A stretch of 64,000 nucleotides of DNA from an uncultured bacterium. GTDB lineage: Bacteria; Chloroflexota; UBA5177; JANWHV01. The position numbers and the translations under genes were made by a program. The first letter of the stretch is position 1, and each line of letters opens with the position of its first letter. Shown here piece after piece: positions 59,203 through 64,000 of the stretch. A model generated the notes under the pieces. The model had not been told where the DNA came from. It ran no database searches and was given only the letters and a program-made list of their open reading frames with translations. The stretch lies in NCBI GenBank assembly GCA_963827235.1, contig CAWHAE010000012.1:608001-672000 (forward strand), read 5' to 3'.

Positions 59203-59238
59203 GTCGCATAGGCCTGCCTCAGGCCGTGCGGCTTTTTT
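59203..59238 (+). terminator. Attenuator (intrinsic terminator) in the erm leader
   Basis: GTCGCAT(A)GGCCTG-CCT-CAGGCCGTGCGGC followed by TTTTTT, 30 nt before the erm ATG. Confidence 0.8.
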
Positions 59239-59268
59239 GTGTCCGATGCATCATGAAAGGACTGGCCG

Positions 59269-60195
59269 ATGCCGCGCTACGAGGAACCCTGCCTCCAGCA
59301 CTCGCAGAACTTCCTTCAGGATGTCCGGCTCGTCGACTATCTCCTCGATCGCGCATCCATTCAGCCGGACGACGTCGTCTATGAGCCCGGTGCCGGTACC
59401 GGCATTATCACCGAGCGTCTGCTTCGCCGCTGCAAACAGGTGGTCGCCGTCGAGAAGGATCCACGACTGGCCGCGTACCTGCGCAGGCGACTTCAGGCAT
59501 ATCCGAATGTCGCCGTCCATGCCGCGGATTTCCTGCGGATAGCCTTGCCCGCCACGCGTTTCAAGGCTTTCGGCAGCATTCCCTACGCCTGCACCGCAGC
59601 AATCGTGGCCAGGTTGACCGCCGCGCAGGAGCCTCCCGTCGATACCTGTCTTGTGCTGCAGCGTGAGGCCGCCGAGCGATTCGTTGGCAGCCCGCGCACC
59701 ACGCTCTATGCCGCGCATATCTATCCCTGGTTCGCGGCGGACATTGTGCACTGCTTCCAACGCAGCGACTTTCGCCCGGTGCCAAGCGTGGATAGCGTAC
59801 TCATGCGACTCCTGCGGAGACCGCGCCCTTTGGTGGTGCGGGCTGACGCTCAGTTCTACCGCGATTTCGTGTCCTATGCTTTCACCGCAGCGCGGCCGGC
59901 TGTCCGCCGCACATTGCGCGCCTGACTGGATCGCGGTTCGGCAGATCGCATCCTATACGCTGAGAGGCTCGACCCTGTCGTCTCGCCCTCGATGGTTCCC
60001 GGAACGTTGTGGCTATTGCTGTTCGAGCACCTCAAGGACTCGGGTGGAGTGCGGGCCCGACGACTGGTCGCGGGAGCGGAACACCGGCTGCTCGAGCAGC
60101 AATCCCGTCTGCAGAAAGTGCATCGCGCGCGAATCGCTGCCCCAAAATGCCCGGCAGGCGGCGTTTACTCATGTGACGCTCCCCGAATGCGGTGA
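59269..60195 (+). CDS. erm: Erm-type rRNA adenine N6-methyltransferase with in-frame TGA at 59923-59925
   Basis: [40 protein letters not shown]; the same frame continues past the TGA into a plausible C-terminal domain ending at 60195. Confidence 0.8.
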
Positions 60196-61997
60196 AACCG
60201 GAGTACGGGCGAGGCGGTCGACCGGCATCGTTGAAGCACGTGGGAAGGTACACGATGATCGCAAGCACCCTGGCCACCAGATGGGCAGTGATGGACGCGG
60301 ATCCCGAGGACGCCCGGCCGTACTTGAAGGTAGTGCCGCAAAAGGGCGTCTCGCCGAAGACCGAGCGTTCCGGAAGTCTCAAAGATCTCGCGACCACCGA
60401 ACTCGTTGATGACGACGGCTTTTCGAGCTACGTCCACTACCGCGGCGTGTATGCGGCCGACGCTGGGACCGACGACATGCGTTTCTACTTGGCGCAGATC
60501 GGCCGCATTCCGCTTCTGACGGCGGCCCAGGAGATGCAGGCAGCTACGGCGTTCCGGGCTGGGCTGGCTGAAATCAGGCGGGCACAGGTCGACCTTGCCG
60601 ATCGCGTGTGGCTCCATCTTGCCTCCCACGATCGCGGGGCCCTGCGAGCAGTGGTGCACGAATGGCACGAGCTGCTGCGCATGGATGAGCCCGGTGCAGA
60701 GGAGATGGTGGCCTCGATTGTCCGCATCCTGCGCGACTGCGAGCCTCGCGCGCTCGCGTACTTCAGCGACGTGGCACGCTATCTTGACCGATCTTTCGAG
60801 GCAGGGCCGGCGTCCCTGGGTCCGCTGCTCGCCCGAATTCGATCTGGGGATACGGTGCTGTTGGCCTCACTCCGCGGCATCCTGGAGGCGCTGGGCTGCT
60901 CGCCCGTCGATGCCGACCGCGCACTGGCGCGTTTGCAGCGGTTGGTGGACGATCGGGCGCGATCCGGATCGTGGCCGGAGCCGCAGCGGCGCCAGAACCC
61001 GCGGGATGAGGCAGATGACGATGCTGGAGCTGAGTCGCCGCCGACGATCAGGCTGGGCGGAAAGTGGCTCGACGAGTCTGCTCCGGCCGTCGCGCTCGCG
61101 ACGTTCCTGGCCACAGGCAGGCGCAGCGTCGAGCTGCTGTTCGCCGCCCGCCCTCTGCCGGTCGACGAGCAGGAATGGCGCGAGAGGCTGTCCCGGCAGC
61201 TCCACTGCGATCTCTCCGCCGCCGGCGCTATCCTCGATGGTTGGCAGATCGATCGCGCGGTGATCGCGCGTGGCGATGCCGCGCGGACCCGGCTCATCGA
61301 GGCGAATCTGCGCCTCGTGGTCAGCGTCGCCAAGCATTTCCGCAGCACGAACGTGCAGCTGCTCGACCTGATTCAGGAAGGCAACATCGGGTTGCTGAGG
61401 GCGGCCGAGCTGTTCGACCCGTCCAAGGGCTTCCGCTTCAGTACCTACGCTACCTGGTGGATCCGGCAGTCGGTATCACGGGCGATCGCCTCCCAGGGAC
61501 GCATGATCCGCCTGCCCGTCTACGTGCGCGATCAGCTCCGCTCGGTCACGCGAGCCGAGCACGAGCTCACGCAGGCCTTCGGCCGCTCTCCCAGCCTCGA
61601 CGAGATCTCGCAGCACGCCAACATCCCGGCTGAGCGGATCGCCGAGATCAAGCGGTGCTTGGACGAACCGGTGTCGTTGGACGTGATGGTCGGCGAGGAC
61701 GACAACCTCACCCTCGGTGATATCCTCGAGGACAAGTCGCTAACCCGCCCGGCCGAGTCGGTAGATCGCCAGCAGCTGGAGAGCCGCGTCAAGTCCGTGC
61801 TGGCTACGCTCTCCGAGCGCGAGCAAGAGGTGATGCGCCTGCGCTTCGGTCTCGACGGTGGAAGGAATCACACGCTCGAGGAGATCGCCGCCCGTTTCCG
61901 CGTCACGCGTGAGCGCATCCGGCAGATCGAAGTTCGCTGCATGCGCAAGCTGCGCCATCCCTCGCGCCTCGAGGTGCTGCTGGACTACCGGCCCTAG
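60192..61997 (+). CDS. RpoD/SigA-like (probably group 2) sigma factor with a large insert between regions 1.2 and 2.1
   Basis: [19 protein letters not shown]; [14 protein letters not shown]; [10 protein letters not shown]; [11 protein letters not shown]; TLEEI...[11 protein letters not shown]....KLRHP. Start is 60192 or 60255. Confidence 0.9.
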   Translation: MKPEYGRGGRPASLKHVGRYTMIASTLATRWAVMDADPEDARPYLKVVPQKGVSPKTERSGSLKDLATTELVDDDGFSSYVHYRGVYAADAGTDDMRFYLAQIGRIPLLTAAQEMQAATAFRAGLAEIRRAQVDLADRVWLHLASHDRGALRAVVHEWHELLRMDEPGAEEMVASIVRILRDCEPRALAYFSDVARYLDRSFEAGPASLGPLLARIRSGDTVLLASLRGILEALGCSPVDADRALARLQRLVDDRARSGSWPEPQRRQNPRDEADDDAGAESPPTIRLGGKWLDESAPAVALATFLATGRRSVELLFAARPLPVDEQEWRERLSRQLHCDLSAAGAILDGWQIDRAVIARGDAARTRLIEANLRLVVSVAKHFRSTNVQLLDLIQEGNIGLLRAAELFDPSKGFRFSTYATWWIRQSVSRAIASQGRMIRLPVYVRDQLRSVTRAEHELTQAFGRSPSLDEISQHANIPAERIAEIKRCLDEPVSLDVMVGEDDNLTLGDILEDKSLTRPAESVDRQQLESRVKSVLATLSEREQEVMRLRFGLDGGRNHTLEEIAARFRVTRERIRQIEVRCMRKLRHPSRLEVLLDYRP

Positions 61998-62040
61998 AGG
62001 CAAGCCACGCCGGGATCGACATTTGCGGCGAGCGTAGGCA

Positions 62041-62071
62041 AAGCGGTACTGGGAGCCTCCCAGTACCGCTT
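62041..62071. terminator. Perfect 15-1-15 palindrome downstream of the sigma gene
   Basis: AAGCGGTACTGGGAG-C-CTCCCAGTACCGCTT between convergent genes. Confidence 0.65.
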
Positions 62072-62352
62072 GCAGCTGGCGCCAAGCGCTGAGCTCACCC
62101 CACTCCTGCAGGTTCCGCCTTGGCCCGGGCACAGACCCGCACTCCTCCGCTGGTCCCGTTTCTTCTTCGGCTCTCCAGTGCCGCTATCAGCACAGTCGCA
62201 AGCCGTGCACCGACAAGCCGGTGTCTGCAGCCTCGGCACGGCGGCGGCTGGCGGTTGCGATCGGTAACCGCTCGTGGCTTGACGCGATCTCCCGTGACGC
62301 CCGGGCATCCTGCCCAGGCGTCACGGGCTGCAGGACTCGGGCTGCAACGCCT

Positions 62353-63990
62353 CTACTGCGTTAGCGTCACCGGCACGTACGGGCAGCCGAGCGCCGGGTC
62401 CGTCTCTGCCGGCGGATTGGCCGTATCGAGAATCTTGGTCAGCACCTGCCGCGACGTGAGCCTGGCCACGGTCGGGTTCGTCTGCCGGGCGATCTCGTTG
62501 GCGGCGACCACGTTGGCGGCCATGCCGCTGACTACCGGCGTGGCGAACGACGTGCCCGACCAGTAGACCCAGCCCGTCATGTTGGGTCGCATGCCGTCGA
62601 CCGCGGGCACCTCCAGCCTCGTGTAGACGCTGACCATGCCGTCCGGCGGCGTACCGGGTGGCACCACGGTGGCCTTGCCGTCCAGCATGCCTTCGCCGCC
62701 GTAGGTAGCCACGCAGTTGCCGGTGGCCGGTATGTCTGCCCGGTTGGAATACGCGGCGATCCTGCCTTCGCGGTTGGTGGCTACCACGCAGATCACGCCG
62801 TCGAAGTCGGCAGGCAGTCGCGGTTGTGGATGGGCGCCATCGGCCGCCGCCCGGCGCCGGCGCCGCAGCGCGTCATTGCCTGCCGCGGCGACGACGACCG
62901 CGCCGGCATCCAGAAGCAGGTCGATCCGCTGCTCGACCGCCTCGTCGAGCGCATCGATCAGCTCCGCCTGCCGGCTCGGGTGGATCTGCGGCATCGCAGG
63001 CTGGCCGCCGAACCAGTAGTCCCACAGATGCTCGCCGGGCGGGATACTCATGTACATGCTCATGTTCACGATCACGCGGTGCCCCGAGTGGACCAATGCA
63101 AGGCAATAGTCGAGGGCATCGAGCATCAGGTGCGTGTGGCCGGTGCCGGTGTCATCCAGCACGTGCAGCAGGTGAATCTCCGCGTGCGGCGCGATGCGGT
63201 GAATGACGCCTGCGACGAACAGACCGTGGTCGGATTCCACGGGCTGCCGGGCCGTCTCGACGCCGTCCGGTGCATCGAACCTGTTCCAGTCCACGATCAC
63301 GTTGTTGTGCGCCAGGTCCTGCATCAGGGCGTTTGCCTGGTTGCGAGCCATCTGTGCCGCCTGTTCGAGGGCTGCTTTGCCCGGCGAGCTATCCAGCACG
63401 GCCACGATCACTTTCTGTCTTGGCCCGGCCTGGCCGGCAGGCCAGCGCACACCCGGCGGCACCGTGATCGGCCACGATCCGGGGGGAGCGGGGTCGGGCA
63501 GGGTCGCGGGACCACCAATCACATGGCCCCAGCCGGTTGTCGTTAGCCAGTTTGGGCAGGCCGAGGACACCAGGATCCCTTCATGCTCGAGCTCATGCAG
63601 TGCCGCGTTGACGGCGTCGACGGCGTCCCTGACGTGATCTCTGGAGCTTTCGCCGCTTCCCTGCTTGATCGCGCGGAACCGCAACGTCAGAGGCGCTCCC
63701 GCCAAGTGCGGCGCCTGCGTGCCGGATCGGCCGTCATTCGCATTCGCGATCGGCTCCAGCTCGATGCCGGCGATGTCGCGAATGCGGCGCAGCAGAGTCT
63801 CCACCCGCGGGCTGTCGGGCGCCGGCCTCGACGTGGTATCGACGAACGTGAACAGGATCTCGCCGTGCCGGTAGTACGCTTCATCCAGTGGGTCGAGTTG
63901 GGTTTCCACGTCTGCCTCCGTCGCTACGCCGGTCAGTGTCAGCTCACTCACTTCGACGATAGTCTCGATCTCGGTTGCAATCGTCTGCAC
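62353..63990 (-). CDS. S8 (subtilisin-like) serine peptidase, no signal peptide
   Basis: VAVLDS (Asp), DHGLFVAG (His), AAAGND (oxyanion Asn), WSGTSFATP (Ser); acidic N-terminal prodomain-like region. Confidence 0.92.
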   Translation of the reverse strand: MQTIATEIETIVEVSELTLTGVATEADVETQLDPLDEAYYRHGEILFTFVDTTSRPAPDSPRVETLLRRIRDIAGIELEPIANANDGRSGTQAPHLAGAPLTLRFRAIKQGSGESSRDHVRDAVDAVNAALHELEHEGILVSSACPNWLTTTGWGHVIGGPATLPDPAPPGSWPITVPPGVRWPAGQAGPRQKVIVAVLDSSPGKAALEQAAQMARNQANALMQDLAHNNVIVDWNRFDAPDGVETARQPVESDHGLFVAGVIHRIAPHAEIHLLHVLDDTGTGHTHLMLDALDYCLALVHSGHRVIVNMSMYMSIPPGEHLWDYWFGGQPAMPQIHPSRQAELIDALDEAVEQRIDLLLDAGAVVVAAAGNDALRRRRRAAADGAHPQPRLPADFDGVICVVATNREGRIAAYSNRADIPATGNCVATYGGEGMLDGKATVVPPGTPPDGMVSVYTRLEVPAVDGMRPNMTGWVYWSGTSFATPVVSGMAANVVAANEIARQTNPTVARLTSRQVLTKILDTANPPAETDPALGCPYVPVTLTQ

Positions 63991-64000
63991 TCCTACCTTC

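Noticed and set aside
59926-59970. Selenocysteine recoding of the erm TGA
   Set aside because: No clear bacterial SECIS hairpin and no catalytic Cys expected at this position.
1-64000. CRISPR arrays, rRNA/tRNA genes, transposases, prophage genes
   Set aside because: No regularly spaced direct repeats or diagnostic motifs were seen. The two excisionase-like HTHs are fused regulatory domains without an integrase.

Overview
High-GC (roughly two-thirds G+C) bacterial chromosomal window. The gene content (BTAD regulator, cytoplasmic S8 protease, HTH-ClpN protein, GAF/PAS kinases) suggests a soil Chloroflexota-like organism, which is an inference. I found no rRNA, tRNA, CRISPR array, integrase or transposase. 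In order, the window holds: a partial BTAD regulator; two secreted carbohydrate-related proteins; an SGNH hydrolase; a TPP-riboswitch operon (thiZXY, PurM/ThiL-superfamily gene, thiE, thiD); a YVTN propeller; MFS-marR; an orphaned PIN toxin; DUF1786; arsR-arsM with two operators; a TetR-controlled efflux/redox cluster; a membrane His kinase; a HAF/CHRD/Ig secreted protein; an RpiR-controlled sugar ABC/ROK/SIS/long-PMI cluster; an MCP divergent from a very large HTH-GAF-PAS His kinase; and an S8 protease at the right end. The 53.7-62 kb block is the most unusual. It holds an orphan CAD-like carB, a degenerate IF3 paralog, an HTH-ClpN-Zn-ribbon fusion, and an erm gene preceded by an unannotated Arg-rich leader peptide (MSNIRRRIA) and attenuator, with an RpoD-like sigma factor carrying a large insert directly downstream. 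The many single-base frameshifts at 10.7-16.8 kb look like long-read assembly errors. All family calls come from motif recognition by eye; no searches were run.
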